Origin: a virus
Taxonomy: Duplodnaviria; Caudoviricetes
Virus record (IMG/VR): IMGVR_UViG_3300042914_003037
Location: 1-53,014 of that record
Direction: 5' to 3' (one strand)
DNA: 53,014 nucleotides
Shown one piece after another: positions 1-10,023 of this stretch; within the stretch, counting starts at the first letter, position 1, and each line of letters starts with the position of its first letter. The notes under the pieces are model-generated. The model had not been told where the DNA came from. It saw only the letters and a program-made list of their open reading frames with translations, and searched no databases. Made by a program: the position numbers and the translations under genes.

Positions 1-45
1 TTGATCACCAGTCGCATTATTTGCCTCTCGCCGTTCAAAATATTG

Positions 46-189
46 TCAAACGAGTTGATTGTTCAGGTACATTGGGTGATTGGGATAAACTTGACGAACC
101 ATCCAAACACGAGCCATCAGTTGGCCGAAAGTACCACGCAACGTCATTGGAGTATTCTTTCTGGTATGCGTCCAAGTGAGTGTATGCAT
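46..189 (-). CDS. small hypothetical early protein (47 aa, MHTLTWTHTRK...)
   Basis: Read by hand: GGAG SD directly after the repeated early promoter at 203-249; not in the ORF track. Confidence 0.5.
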   Translation of the reverse strand: MHTLTWTHTRKNTPMTLRGTFGQLMARVWMVRQVYPNHPMYLNNQLV

Positions 190-202
190 TTCGTCTGCTC
201 CG

Positions 203-249
203 TTTTTCTAACTTGAATACATTATACAATAAAAAGGATTTAATGTCAA
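203..249 (-). promoter_or_regulatory. repeated sigma70 early promoter cassette
   Basis: TTGACA-17-TATAAT followed by GTATTCAAGTTAGAAAA and a GGAG SD. Confidence 0.8.
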
Positions 250-534
250 TCAGTAGGGTTGGCTCATACGGCAATCAAGAATGGCATACTTATTCTGAGG
301 GAACACATCATTCCACTTCTTTACATGAATGTAGTGAGTACCAGAGCGGCATTCTCCGGCTTTGACTCGCTGGAAGTAAAAGTCGTAGTCGCGAGGTTTG
401 GCTTCAAAGTACCAGCACAGAGCAAGATACTCTTGTGGAGTACACCATGCATGAACACCGTCAGCATAGAACTGAGTACACTTACGCAGTGCCTGCTCGG
501 TGATCTTCTTGATGCTCTTACGCTGCGGTGTCAT
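250..534 (-). CDS. hypothetical protein
   Basis: ORF in co-oriented run with GAGGAG SD. Confidence 0.7.
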   Translation of the reverse strand: MTPQRKSIKKITEQALRKCTQFYADGVHAWCTPQEYLALCWYFEAKPRDYDFYFQRVKAGECRSGTHYIHVKKWNDVFPQNKYAILDCRMSQPY

Positions 535-540
535 TACCGT

Positions 541-822
541 TTACTCCTCGTTTGAAACTTCCATAAACATCATAATTTCGTCAACTTCGGAAACAGAAAT
601 GCCAACTCTTGCAGCAATTTCCTCCATAGTGAGAAAACGTGCAAGGAGCAGCCGTTCGACTTGGCTGACTACATCTTGATCATCTATGTTGTTCTTTGAA
701 GTCTCGTTCACTTCTTGTTGAAGTTGTTCCTTCATCTTGGCACGAACATTGGTGCCGTCTTTCTTGTGATACGTGCTAGAGTTATGGGTATGATCATTGA
801 TCTTACGATAATTAGCCTTCAT
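541..822 (-). CDS. hypothetical protein, possible C-terminal HTH
   Basis: LTMEEIAARVGISVSEV HTH-like segment; promoter cassette upstream. Confidence 0.6.
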   Translation of the reverse strand: MKANYRKINDHTHNSSTYHKKDGTNVRAKMKEQLQQEVNETSKNNIDDQDVVSQVERLLLARFLTMEEIAARVGISVSEVDEIMMFMEVSNEE

Positions 823-834
823 TTTTGACTCCGT

Positions 835-880
835 TCTCTAACTTGAATACAGTATATCACCGATCCGAATTATTGTCAAA
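835..880 (-). promoter_or_regulatory. repeated sigma70 early promoter cassette
   Basis: TTGACA-17-TATACT then GTATTCAAGTTAGA and GGAG. Confidence 0.8.
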
Positions 881-883
881 TTA

Positions 884-1099
884 TCATTTTTTGTCCGATT
901 TCAATAGCCAATTGCACTGGCGCAATTGTTCGATTTCGTTTGCTGCCTCTTCTAGTAGATCAGCGATACGGTCAGAAGTTCCTTCTTCGACACTTTTGCG
1001 GCCAGGAATTTGTCGTCTGATTTCGGCTCTTTTTCGTAGCCTAAACACCAAACTTTGTTGTTCTACTGGCAATTTGGATTCGTCACGCATTATGTCCAC
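884..1099 (-). CDS. hypothetical phage protein
   Basis: ORF; LVFRLRKRAEIRRQIPGRKSVEEG..DRIADLLEEAA resembles a conserved T4-like hypothetical. Confidence 0.7.
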   Translation of the reverse strand: MDIMRDESKLPVEQQSLVFRLRKRAEIRRQIPGRKSVEEGTSDRIADLLEEAANEIEQLRQCNWLLKSDKK

Positions 1100-1147
1100 C
1101 TTATTGCGGCCACCGTCTACGTATTTCCTTGTCTTTGTTCCAATATT

Positions 1148-1501
1148 TCATGATGCTGTATCTGAAGACTTTTTGTCTCTAAAATCTTCCACATCTTGTA
1201 TGGCTTGTTTGAGCGTATATGCGTAATTAAGTGCTTGTTGTTTTGTTAGAGCAATTTCTACCTCTTGTTCCAAATAACCTTTAGTTAACAATGTCCAAAT
1301 ATGACGGAAACGATTTACTCGCCATTTGCTTTGTACCTTAGTGTATATGGCAACAGTTATATCATGCTCGTCTGCTTCTACCCAAACATCATGATCATGA
1401 TCACTACCGCCGCAATGACAGGCTATCTTGTATACTTTTGAGTTACCCCAATCATTAGTTTTTAGTATACCTTCAGCAGGAGTTTGATAATTTATGTCCA
1501 T
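1148..1501 (-). CDS. hypothetical protein
   Basis: ORF overlapping the upstream gene. Confidence 0.75.
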   Translation of the reverse strand: MDINYQTPAEGILKTNDWGNSKVYKIACHCGGSDHDHDVWVEADEHDITVAIYTKVQSKWRVNRFRHIWTLLTKGYLEQEVEIALTKQQALNYAYTLKQAIQDVEDFRDKKSSDTAS

Positions 1502-2352
1502 AAATGGTTCCTCACTTTAATTAGTCTGGTCATCATTTCTGTATCCTCATCTTCTTGCTGTTTTTCAATTTCACGACAAAGGTCAAGAATACGGCGTGTC
1601 TCTGCCTGTTCCTCTTCTGTTTCATCTTCACCGCCTAACATAGCAGTCCACTGTGTATCTTCGTCTTCATCTTTGAGTTTTTCACGACGACGGTCACACC
1701 AAGCAGTCCAACCACTTAGATCATGTGGATCCTTACGAGTAGGATAAACTTCTTTCCACCAAGTATAAAGTTCAAAAATTTCTTTTGCGGCCAAGGCCTG
1801 TCCAGTAAGAACTGCTTCGTGTTTTTTGTCGTCTTCTAACCATTCTTCGTTAGTTAAACTCATTGCCCACTTTAGATGGTCAATACCTGCTTCTGGGCAA
1901 CGCCAAGTGCGCCAGCGGAACCAGCCCCACGAATAAAATGGGGCGTTGTACTGTTCACGTGATTCTTTGCTCCAAGCAACGTTGCTCCAAGCAGTTTCTA
2001 CTTCCACAAACTCGACGAGTTCATTGAACAAACATGGAAGAAAGCGATTGCCAACATCGCACCACTTTCCTCTTGGAAGATTTTTTGGATGAGCGGTAAG
2101 AGCGTGAGTTTTTGTAACCCAACGATTATTGATGTAATACTTAACATCATAGATTTTATCTACGGGCCACCAAATAAAGTTTTGAACTTTATCGAGACCT
2201 TCTTCTGCGAGCCAGTAGCGAACAGGATTAGACTTCTTGGCAAGTTTGCGCCAATCGTTCCATCCCTTGCCAGTTTCGGCTTTAGGTTTAGCAGTTCCGC
2301 GGAGCCAATTAGCAAACTTACTGCAACTCCAATATCTTGATCTTTGAGCCAT
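1492..2352 (-). CDS. hypothetical Trp-rich phage protein
   Basis: 286 aa ORF in operon. Confidence 0.8.
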   Translation of the reverse strand: MAQRSRYWSCSKFANWLRGTAKPKAETGKGWNDWRKLAKKSNPVRYWLAEEGLDKVQNFIWWPVDKIYDVKYYINNRWVTKTHALTAHPKNLPRGKWCDVGNRFLPCLFNELVEFVEVETAWSNVAWSKESREQYNAPFYSWGWFRWRTWRCPEAGIDHLKWAMSLTNEEWLEDDKKHEAVLTGQALAAKEIFELYTWWKEVYPTRKDPHDLSGWTAWCDRRREKLKDEDEDTQWTAMLGGEDETEEEQAETRRILDLCREIEKQQEDEDTEMMTRLIKVRNHLWT

Positions 2353-2354
2353 GT

Positions 2355-2621
2355 TTATTCCTCTATGTTTTCTATTAGTTTCGGGCTATAGTGTGAGTAT
2401 TTGATTAGAAATAGCGTTGCGTATTCGTTTTTCCAAAAAGTAAAGATTGCATGTGAGAACATTTTTTCTCGAAGTTCGTCACCGTTTTCAAGATCATAAT
2501 ACGCAGGATAATAATCAAAGTTGTAATCTACATCCTTAATGAAGTTGTCTTTTTTAAGTTGATTGACAATCTCAGAGATTTTTGGTCCCTTTGCATTTAA
2601 TCTTATCTTAATCATAACCAT
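2355..2621 (-). CDS. hypothetical protein
   Basis: ORF in tight operon. Confidence 0.65.
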   Translation of the reverse strand: MVMIKIRLNAKGPKISEIVNQLKKDNFIKDVDYNFDYYPAYYDLENGDELREKMFSHAIFTFWKNEYATLFLIKYSHYSPKLIENIEE

Positions 2622-2944
2622 ACGAGTGAAAAACTTGATGCTGCTTTGTCAGACAAATACAATCTTAAATCTTCATCGCTACGTTCCCATGACCAGTCTC
2701 TATTGCAATGCTTTCCATAATCCTGATTTGATGATCTATTGTAAAACCAAATCTCACAACTTGATCCAAATTGTTCCCAGAGCCAAAGTCTTGCCTCACA
2801 AAACATCATTTCTCTTGAGACTGCATCATCTGACACTTTATAGTCATAAACTGAAACAATTTTGACATGGTGAGTAAAAACTTCGTTACCTCTATGTCTT
2901 TTGTCTAATTTTACAAGTTTGTATTGGAATTTACTAATAATCAT
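2612..2944 (-). CDS. hypothetical protein
   Basis: ORF in tight operon. Confidence 0.7.
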   Translation of the reverse strand: MIISKFQYKLVKLDKRHRGNEVFTHHVKIVSVYDYKVSDDAVSREMMFCEARLWLWEQFGSSCEIWFYNRSSNQDYGKHCNRDWSWERSDEDLRLYLSDKAASSFSLVWL

Positions 2945-2953
2945 TCTGTTAAT

Positions 2954-3172
2954 CTACTTCCAATGCAAACTAAATGCGGTGGAATCTACAACATCAGAGA
3001 ATTCAAATGTGTATGTATTATAAAGTTGTTCGTTATTATTTGCAATAAATTCGGATGAAGCAAAATTAGAAATGTGCCAGTCTCCGCGACAACTATTTCT
3101 GCACCATGTCATTACTTTTTCTAATTGGCCAAATTGAACAATTATGCTAATTTTGACTTGAGCCTCGCTCAA
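2954..3172 (-). CDS. hypothetical protein
   Basis: ORF in tight operon. Confidence 0.7.
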   Translation of the reverse strand: MSEAQVKISIIVQFGQLEKVMTWCRNSCRGDWHISNFASSEFIANNNEQLYNTYTFEFSDVVDSTAFSLHWK

Positions 3173-3671
3173 TCTCTACTCCGCATTTTTTAAGAAACTC
3201 TACGCCGTCATCATTTTTATAGTCTTCTCTATAAAATACTCGACGAATGCCAGACTGAAAAATTAGTTTAGCACAGTCGATACATGGCCCGTGAGTTACG
3301 AACAAATCAGCGCCATTTCCACTATTGGAAGACTTAGCTAATTTTGCAATTGCATTTGATTCTGAGTGCAATACCTCAGGTTTAGTTTTTAGTCGATAAC
3401 GGCCTTGCATTTCGTTGCCGTAGGCATCTTTATACGTGCCTTCGTATGGCCAGCCTTCTTCAATTTCTTCCAGACTAAGCCAACCGCCGGCGCTGCACCA
3501 TTCAACATCTTCGCAGTTGTTATCCCATCCAGAGGGCATACCGTTGTATCCATAACTGATAACGGTATCATCTTTGACTATTACAGACCCTACTTTTAGT
3601 CTACGAGCATGACTTAGTTGTGCTACTCTGAGTGCAAAATCCATGTAAAGATCAATAAACTTTTGCTTCAT
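3147..3671 (-). CDS. cd: dCMP deaminase
   Basis: GYNG, HSE(HAE)xNAI and PCxxC zinc motifs. Confidence 0.92.
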   Translation of the reverse strand: MKQKFIDLYMDFALRVAQLSHARRLKVGSVIVKDDTVISYGYNGMPSGWDNNCEDVEWCSAGGWLSLEEIEEGWPYEGTYKDAYGNEMQGRYRLKTKPEVLHSESNAIAKLAKSSNSGNGADLFVTHGPCIDCAKLIFQSGIRRVFYREDYKNDDGVEFLKKCGVEIERGSSQN

Positions 3672-3904
3672 ATAATGTAATTATCGCGAATCCAGCGTTC
3701 GATAATTTTTTTGTCCTTCATAAAATAAATCACGCCTCGAATGTCGAATTTTTCGCAGAATGCCTGTCCGTATGTTTTACCCGCAAGCGCATACATGATA
3801 TATTCTTTATCGAATGTCTCTAATTCTTCTTTGGATATCTTTTTGTTTTCTTCTACTGAGAGTTGTCCCCAGTAGTGTTCCCAGTAATTTTTATTATACA
3901 TCAA
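3668..3904 (-). CDS. hypothetical protein
   Basis: 4-nt overlaps with neighbours. Confidence 0.7.
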   Translation of the reverse strand: MMYNKNYWEHYWGQLSVEENKKISKEELETFDKEYIMYALAGKTYGQAFCEKFDIRGVIYFMKDKKIIERWIRDNYII

Positions 3905-4287
3905 TCAATTCCGTGGTTATTATCGACATTGGCGACTCTACCATCAACAAAACAATAAACCTGCTTGTCATTTGCATGCACGAAGCAGCCAACAAAATCT
4001 TTAATTGTTTCGTTGAATCGCAAAGCCGCATCTTCAAGTGTTGAGCCTTGACACACGAAAGTATTGTCTGTTTCGTGATAGAAATAGTGACACTGATTTA
4101 TAATCTCGTGCTTAAGCATTATGCCATCTCTATGTACGGTTTCTTTATCGTCATCTGCTAATGGTGATGTATTTTTAGAAAGATTAGACGCGAATCGCTG
4201 TTCAAGTTTGCTCTGAACATAACCTATAAGCCAAATGCCACCGCCCAAAATTACACCAATTAGAATATCAAGCATATATTTTATCAA
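3901..4287 (-). CDS. hypothetical membrane-anchored protein
   Basis: N-terminal hydrophobic helix ILIGVILGGGIWLIGYV. Confidence 0.7.
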   Translation of the reverse strand: MIKYMLDILIGVILGGGIWLIGYVQSKLEQRFASNLSKNTSPLADDDKETVHRDGIMLKHEIINQCHYFYHETDNTFVCQGSTLEDAALRFNETIKDFVGCFVHANDKQVYCFVDGRVANVDNNHGID

Positions 4288-4338
4288 ATGATTATGGACG
4301 ACCGAAGTCGTCCATAATTGTTAAACATCAACCAAAAA

Positions 4339-4605
4339 TTACTCGTCTGAGTTTGCCAAAGCACGATAGCCGGCGGCAACTACTGCACGACTTGGAGTTC
4401 CAAGACGATATTTGAAAGTTTCGCGACCACTGCTATTGACATGACGATTGCTATAGACTGCATAGCCGCCACGAAGACGCAAATCGCTTACGGTTGCGGT
4501 TGGGTTTGCGATTCCAAATCGCGAAGCAATTTGCTTGACAGTTAGTTGTTCGCCACTCTTCAATGCTTCTATTAGACGCTTAGATTTAGTTTGTGTAGTA
4601 TTCAT
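4339..4605 (-). CDS. small winged-HTH DNA-binding protein
   Basis: LTVKQIASRFGIANPTATVSDLR HTH pattern, basic. Confidence 0.65.
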   Translation of the reverse strand: MNTTQTKSKRLIEALKSGEQLTVKQIASRFGIANPTATVSDLRLRGGYAVYSNRHVNSSGRETFKYRLGTPSRAVVAAGYRALANSDE

Positions 4606-4686
4606 ACTTTTCCTTTATTGTTATCGCTGTTTTGATAGCGTGAATGTATTATGACATTGCATTGCTGCAATGTCAATACTAATTGG

Positions 4687-5544
4687 TTAAACGATGATTG
4701 TTTTGGCAAAGTAAGGTTCTTCTTCTTGAAGGCCTCTTTCGAAGCCAACATACCCGCGAGGGTTGCAAACCACTCTGCAATCACCAATTTTATAGTCAAA
4801 ATCGGTATGAACATGACCGTGCATCCACAATTTGATTTGTGGGCGATCCAAAATGAATTCACTGAGATCGCTATGATATGCACCATTCATGATTCGATCA
4901 TGTCTATATTGCTCGTGAATGCTCATGCTCGACGGAGCCATGTGACTAACAACGACCACGGTTGAATCAATCTGCTGATCAATTACTTGCTTGAAATATT
5001 CAAGAGTTTGACGATGTCGTCCAAGAGTGTGAGCCGGACGAAGTTTTACATAACCCAACCCATCATGTCTGATAGTGTTGTAATCGTTAGACGCATTAGT
5101 AACCCCGTGAAAAGTCAGTGGATCGCCACGATTCAAATCAGTCCAAAGAGTTCCGCCCACAAAAGTGATATCTTCGATAGTTAGCGTATCTTGCTCCAAG
5201 AAATGAACATTCGGATAAACCGAGCATTCGTTTCTCATAATGTCGATGGTTTGATTCCACTTGCCGTGATAAAACTCGTGATTTCCGGCCACGATCACGA
5301 CCTGTGGGAATTGAAAACTGACTCGATCAAGAAAGTTGCGATAGGATTGAGCCTTTCGCTGACGACTTCCAAGAGTTTTCAGTAGTTCGGCAGCATAGGG
5401 AACGTGAGGCTTTGGGTGATCATGAAGATCAGCCGAAATCATGATGTCTCCAGCCAGCACCAAAATATCGCAGTCGTCATGATTTTGCAGATTGATATCT
5501 GCAAATTCCAGATGAAGATCGGATGCTAATGCAATTTTGGTCAT
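4687..5544 (-). CDS. calcineurin-like metallophosphoesterase
   Basis: SDLH, LAGDI, GNHE, HGHVH and NPRGY motifs. Confidence 0.92.
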   Translation of the reverse strand: MTKIALASDLHLEFADINLQNHDDCDILVLAGDIMISADLHDHPKPHVPYAAELLKTLGSRQRKAQSYRNFLDRVSFQFPQVVIVAGNHEFYHGKWNQTIDIMRNECSVYPNVHFLEQDTLTIEDITFVGGTLWTDLNRGDPLTFHGVTNASNDYNTIRHDGLGYVKLRPAHTLGRHRQTLEYFKQVIDQQIDSTVVVVSHMAPSSMSIHEQYRHDRIMNGAYHSDLSEFILDRPQIKLWMHGHVHTDFDYKIGDCRVVCNPRGYVGFERGLQEEEPYFAKTIIV

Positions 5545-5548
5545 GATT

Positions 5549-5914
5549 TCAACTATGCTCTTTTATGTGCTTGCAAGTGTTTCTAAAAGTAAAGCCTGGG
5601 CAAGAACAAGTGATTCGTCCACCAGAACTTTTTACAATTGTATAAACCTTGCCGTTACTTCCTGCTACTTGAATACCGGCCATTTTTTGCTCGGTTGGCT
5701 GGAAGTAAAGTTCGTCAGATTCGGCAGAACGATTGATTTCCTTGAACTTTCGACCACGAGTGTCGATAGACATTGGACTACTAAACTTTATCAGTTTAGT
5801 AGTTCCTGCTTTGATGTATCCAACAGCACGAGTTTTGCTGTCGTTCATATAGTAGATATGATTTGGAACAGCAAAACTGGTATTCCACTCAGTTATTTCT
5901 TGATAGAACTTCAT
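5549..5914 (-). CDS. SWIM zinc-finger domain protein
   Basis: CSCPGFTFRNTCKHI; start reassigned to MKFYQEI, just after a sigma70-like promoter. Confidence 0.75.
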   Translation of the reverse strand: MKFYQEITEWNTSFAVPNHIYYMNDSKTRAVGYIKAGTTKLIKFSSPMSIDTRGRKFKEINRSAESDELYFQPTEQKMAGIQVAGSNGKVYTIVKSSGGRITCSCPGFTFRNTCKHIKEHS

Positions 5915-5948
5915 AGTAAAACAAGTATAACAGAGTTTGCAATTATTG

Positions 5949-6314
5949 TCAAGTTTCGTCTTCGTTGTCGTCCCGCATCGTATCGTAAACGATTTTTGGA
6001 CGAATAGGCTTCTTGATGCCCAAAGCCTTGCGTTCATCAGGCGAAAGACGCTGATACGCCCGAGACTTAATCAAGTAAGTTTCCCACATTTTCTTCCGAT
6101 TTTCGGCCGCGGCTTCTGACTCTTTGATAATTCCGCCCCACCACTTTCGAATGCGATCATCGCGTAGCAACAGAAAGTCTGCCCGCCCACAGATAAACAA
6201 TTCCATCATGATTATGATCGATCTGGTTTCGGCCATCGAGGACGCTTTGCCGGCGAGGTGATTGATTTCGAAAACGACTTCTTTTGACAATTCATCAATG
6301 TTGCTCATATTCAT
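5949..6314 (-). CDS. hypothetical protein
   Basis: ORF; C-terminal AYQRLSPDERKALG shared with the neighbour. Confidence 0.7.
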   Translation of the reverse strand: MNMSNIDELSKEVVFEINHLAGKASSMAETRSIIIMMELFICGRADFLLLRDDRIRKWWGGIIKESEAAAENRKKMWETYLIKSRAYQRLSPDERKALGIKKPIRPKIVYDTMRDDNEDET

Positions 6315-6658
6315 TACCTCTTGCTATTAGAGACTTGTTTCTTGATCAAACCGAATGCAATACGCTCTTCTTCGGTAAGTTTGGCGTATGCTTTCTTTTT
6401 GAGTGCTTCTGTTTCTTTGGCTTTAAGTTCTCGTTTCAGTTGTGCGAGTCGCTCTTTTCGATCTTCCTCTTTGTGAACTTTCCACCAGTCACTCACTTCT
6501 GAGTCAGACAGAACGGATTTAAGTGCCGTTGGAGATTTTTCCAGTTCATACATAGCCTTACACGCAATTCGTGCAAGGCTATCAACCTTTTTTTTCAGAA
6601 GAAAAACGGTCGATTGATTTGGGTAATAATCGTCAGACCCGTAGTCTCGACAAGGCAT
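6314..6658 (-). CDS. hypothetical protein
   Basis: ORF with AGGAG SD; AYAKLTEEERIAFGL motif. Confidence 0.75.
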   Translation of the reverse strand: MPCRDYGSDDYYPNQSTVFLLKKKVDSLARIACKAMYELEKSPTALKSVLSDSEVSDWWKVHKEEDRKERLAQLKRELKAKETEALKKKAYAKLTEEERIAFGLIKKQVSNSKR

Positions 6659-6719
6659 ACAAACTCCTATCTATTTTAATAGAGATATTATAGTATAATT
6701 TTGTTTTTATGTCAAGAAA

Positions 6720-7046
6720 TTAAATTCTTCTGGCAATCACTCTGAATCGTCTCATTTCTGGAGTAACAGCAACGCGAGGATCGACCAAAATCAAACGAAA
6801 TCTTCTAAGGTCTTCATGTTGACGAAAGATATCAATCAATCGTATTTCTGCTGCCATTTTGTCTGGAAGTGGTCTTGGGCAATCTATCATTATTGCATTA
6901 TCCCCAATATACACTGTGGAATCTGGACCAAAAAATAGTGTGGCTTTTTGTCTAATAAAAGACACATATTCCTGCTTCAATGAGTTTGAAGCTTCGTTCA
7001 AATGAAGAGTTCGAATTAAGGTTTGTGCTATTTCTGAGATACGCAT
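6720..7046 (-). CDS. degenerate minimal-nucleotidyltransferase-like protein, paralog of 30413-30799
   Basis: FFGPDSTVYI...RLILVDP...RRFRVIARRI; start MRISEI after CATAAATA. Confidence 0.5.
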   Translation of the reverse strand: MRISEIAQTLIRTLHLNEASNSLKQEYVSFIRQKATLFFGPDSTVYIGDNAIMIDCPRPLPDKMAAEIRLIDIFRQHEDLRRFRLILVDPRVAVTPEMRRFRVIARRI

Positions 7047-7104
7047 ATAGTATTTATGCAACTCTATAAAAATATTTATATCGTAATTTAACACATTATT
7101 TGTT

Positions 7105-7854
7105 TTATGTCAAGTCTGCTATATCGTAAATCCAACTCTCAAACACGTACTCATCTGCATACTCAAATGTCATATAGAAGTATCCATTCAGACCCCATTC
7201 GGGTCCAAAACTATTTTGGACCAAAAACGACTTTTTGTCCAAATCATAACCAACAATTAGCAGTGCGTGACCGCCCATTGGATTATCGTTATAGTCTCTG
7301 ACGGATAGCATGTAATTGTTTTTATCCAAATACATAAATGACTCAAAGATGTCAATTCCAATTATCACTGGATATCCAGAATTTAGTGCGTCTATTATGT
7401 TGTTCTGTCCAAGAACCAAGTAATAAGTTGGTATCTTGCGTTGTAGGGCCTCTGCATAAGCCTCTTCACTTGGTTTTACTGTGAATTTTTCTATATCGTA
7501 TGGCCACAATTCTTCTTTGCATACTCCGTAAGTTTTTAATCCTTTAAGTCCGTTCTTTATTGTTGCACCAATATCTACATCAACAGTATTGTCAAATGTT
7601 CTGGAATTGTAATACACAAACATTTCGCTCAATTCAATGAACTTAGTTGGATATTTTTTCATGGTCATCAATTCGTATGCGGCAGTAAGTGCTTGACCAG
7701 TGCAACTACCAAGAGAACTTTGGTCTTCTACGAGAGAATTGGCTTCTCTTAAATCCACGAAAGAACTTAGTGTTTGGTTCTTTGGTTTATATATGTAGTC
7801 GCGATAGTCTTCTTTGCTGCCGCAATATCTTATGAATTTTATATTCTCCACCAT
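7105..7854 (-). CDS. papain-like C1 cysteine peptidase
   Basis: DQSSLGSC, GGHALLIVGY, QNSFGPEWG give the Cys-His-Asn triad. Confidence 0.92.
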   Translation of the reverse strand: MVENIKFIRYCGSKEDYRDYIYKPKNQTLSSFVDLREANSLVEDQSSLGSCTGQALTAAYELMTMKKYPTKFIELSEMFVYYNSRTFDNTVDVDIGATIKNGLKGLKTYGVCKEELWPYDIEKFTVKPSEEAYAEALQRKIPTYYLVLGQNNIIDALNSGYPVIIGIDIFESFMYLDKNNYMLSVRDYNDNPMGGHALLIVGYDLDKKSFLVQNSFGPEWGLNGYFYMTFEYADEYVFESWIYDIADLT

Positions 7855-8465
7855 CCGGTGCCTCTATAAACTACGCTAACGCTTTGATACGGAACACGGA
7901 TGATATAGTTGTTAGAATCATCTACCTTTTCACCAGTTTGCGGTTGTATTGTTATTTTTCCATTTCCTTGTCCATACTCGTCTTTGATTGTATAAACTCT
8001 GCCAGATACTCCAGCAGGTAGAGTTATTGTAATAGCACTTGCACTATATACTCCAATGTATTCATCGGTAGCAGTGGCGGTGTAATTTGCAGTGACACGA
8101 ATGACATTTATTAAATCTGCACCAGTTGAACTAATAGTTATGTCTCCAGTGCTTCCGCTTAGTGCTATGCCACTACCAGCAGTAATACTTAAAACTCCAG
8201 TGTTGTTTATCTTGAATTGAGCGTCTGGTCCAGTTGAAGTTATATCAGTTATTGATATTCCGAAACCAGAGGTGGGACTAACCGTGGTAACGACTAATTT
8301 GCCATCTGAATAAACTGCGTCAGATGTCACTGTGTTAAAAACTACATCGGCGGTCGGAGATACATCTTGAGATAGCGATACTATACCATCCTCTACATCG
8401 ATAAAGTCTCCTATTTGAATTACTCCATAATTGGTTTTACTTGTTGATTGTGATAGATATGACAT
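7839..8465 (-). CDS. beta-rich structural-type protein
   Basis: GVLSITAGSGIALSGSTGDITIS fibre-like repeat; C-terminal domain shared with 9370-9990. Confidence 0.7.
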   Translation of the reverse strand: MSYLSQSTSKTNYGVIQIGDFIDVEDGIVSLSQDVSPTADVVFNTVTSDAVYSDGKLVVTTVSPTSGFGISITDITSTGPDAQFKINNTGVLSITAGSGIALSGSTGDITISSTGADLINVIRVTANYTATATDEYIGVYSASAITITLPAGVSGRVYTIKDEYGQGNGKITIQPQTGEKVDDSNNYIIRVPYQSVSVVYRGTGWWRI

Positions 8466-8476
8466 TATTTTTCTCC

Positions 8477-9097
8477 TTATTTTTTGTCACGCTTGAATGT
8501 GTCAAGTAAATTAGTTAGTATTCTACTTGACGATGGAACTCTATCCTCTAAGTTAGTTGCCACTTTTAAACGACTATATGCCAAGAGATTTTCTGGCAAA
8601 TTAAATTTCTTCATTTCAGGAATTGATCCTTTGTTTGTTATTTGTTCAGATTGAGGCTCAGACGGTTTTGATTTTTCTGTCTGTGTTGATTCTGTAATCT
8701 GTTCTTTGATTTCTTCTGTGTGATTTTCTACATTTTGTTCAGAAGAACTATCAACGACAACAACTTTCGTGGGTTCATCTGTTTCTACACTTTCTGCTTT
8801 CTCGGTGACTTCTTCGACAATCTTTTCTTGAACTGGTTCCACATTATGTACCTCGGTGGTAACTTCATTTTTAGATTTGTTTTCTAAAAATGTCATTAAA
8901 CTACGTGCCTTGTCAAGAATTTGTGCTTCTGTTGGAAACGGAGGAAATTCTGGATGTTCAAGTTTTGTGCGAGAAGTTCTCCACGCCTTTTCACTTTCAA
9001 TCACCCAGCGATTATGATCCTGTGCCTTTTTGTCAGTGTATTCCAGAATTAGCAATTCTTTTGCTATTTCCAATAATTTAACATTCATGTCGCTCAT
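8477..9097 (-). CDS. hypothetical protein with acidic low-complexity region
   Basis: 206 aa ORF in operon. Confidence 0.75.
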   Translation of the reverse strand: MSDMNVKLLEIAKELLILEYTDKKAQDHNRWVIESEKAWRTSRTKLEHPEFPPFPTEAQILDKARSLMTFLENKSKNEVTTEVHNVEPVQEKIVEEVTEKAESVETDEPTKVVVVDSSSEQNVENHTEEIKEQITESTQTEKSKPSEPQSEQITNKGSIPEMKKFNLPENLLAYSRLKVATNLEDRVPSSSRILTNLLDTFKRDKK

Positions 9098-9354
9098 CTG
9101 TATCTGCGTCTTTCTGATCTTAGTTGATTTACTATGCTATTTTGATAGACATCTGACATGTATCCAAAGTTAGTCATATTTTGATTTACATTGGATATCT
9201 GACTATCATAAATGTAATTATTGTATGGGTATGGATTGTAGTATGGACTATAGTACGGATAAGGACGATGATACGGATAAGGACGATAATAGTAATCATC
9301 GTAATATCTACGTCTAAACATTACATCAGTGTAATAATCTTTGTATCTTCTCAT
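9094..9354 (-). CDS. Tyr/Pro/Arg-rich small protein
   Basis: YYRPYPYHRPYPYYSPYYNPYPY; GGAG SD. Confidence 0.7.
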   Translation of the reverse strand: MRRYKDYYTDVMFRRRYYDDYYYRPYPYHRPYPYYSPYYNPYPYNNYIYDSQISNVNQNMTNFGYMSDVYQNSIVNQLRSERRRYR

Positions 9355-9369
9355 TTTATTTCTCCCAAT

Positions 9370-9990
9370 TTATATAATGTGCCAACTATTTCCGCGCCAC
9401 AATAATTGCACACTTTCATACGGTATAGTCATGACATAACTGGTTTCGCCGTCTATGATGCCATTGTTTTCTACTACTATGGTAACTTTTCTATTACCAA
9501 GTGGTGGACCCATTTCCGCCTTTACAACAAGATTCTTACAATCTTCAAGACTTCCGGGAAGTGTAATAGTAGTCGGTCCAGTACTATCAACGCCAATATA
9601 ATAATCATCCAATGTAGCAGTGTAGTCTTCTGATACCAAAATTGCTTTGCACTCACAACTACATTCTCCAGGCGGACCAGGAGGTCCGATAGTGCCAGGT
9701 TCTCCTTGAGGGCCTGTCTCTCCAGGTTCTCCAGGCGGGCCTTGAGAGCCTGTATCTCCTTGTGGTCCGGGTGGTCCGGGTGGTCCTGGTGGTCCTGGTG
9801 GGCATTCACAATTATCTCCTTGTATTACTTGTTTTACGTTGATAAAGTCAGAACCAGAAGTAGAATACTGTTCTGCATAATTTAATGCTTGAACTGCATA
9901 AGAAACTTCAAGTGCTCGAAGTTGACTTATTAGCGATCTTAGTTCTATTAGACGACGATCTAATGATTCCATTATTTTCTCCGCAAACAA
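9370..9990 (-). CDS. collagen-like (Gly-X-Y) protein
   Basis: About 15 GXY triplets flanked by CEC / CSCEC motifs. Confidence 0.85.
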   Translation of the reverse strand: MFAEKIMESLDRRLIELRSLISQLRALEVSYAVQALNYAEQYSTSGSDFINVKQVIQGDNCECPPGPPGPPGPPGPQGDTGSQGPPGEPGETGPQGEPGTIGPPGPPGECSCECKAILVSEDYTATLDDYYIGVDSTGPTTITLPGSLEDCKNLVVKAEMGPPLGNRKVTIVVENNGIIDGETSYVMTIPYESVQLLWRGNSWHII

Positions 9991-10012
9991 AAAAGCGGGC
10001 CGAAGCCCGCCT
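9991..10012 (-). terminator. probable intrinsic terminator
   Basis: GCGGGC-TTCG-GCCCGC hairpin followed by TTTTTT on the - strand. Confidence 0.75.
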
Positions 10013-10023
10013 TAGAGTTCAGT

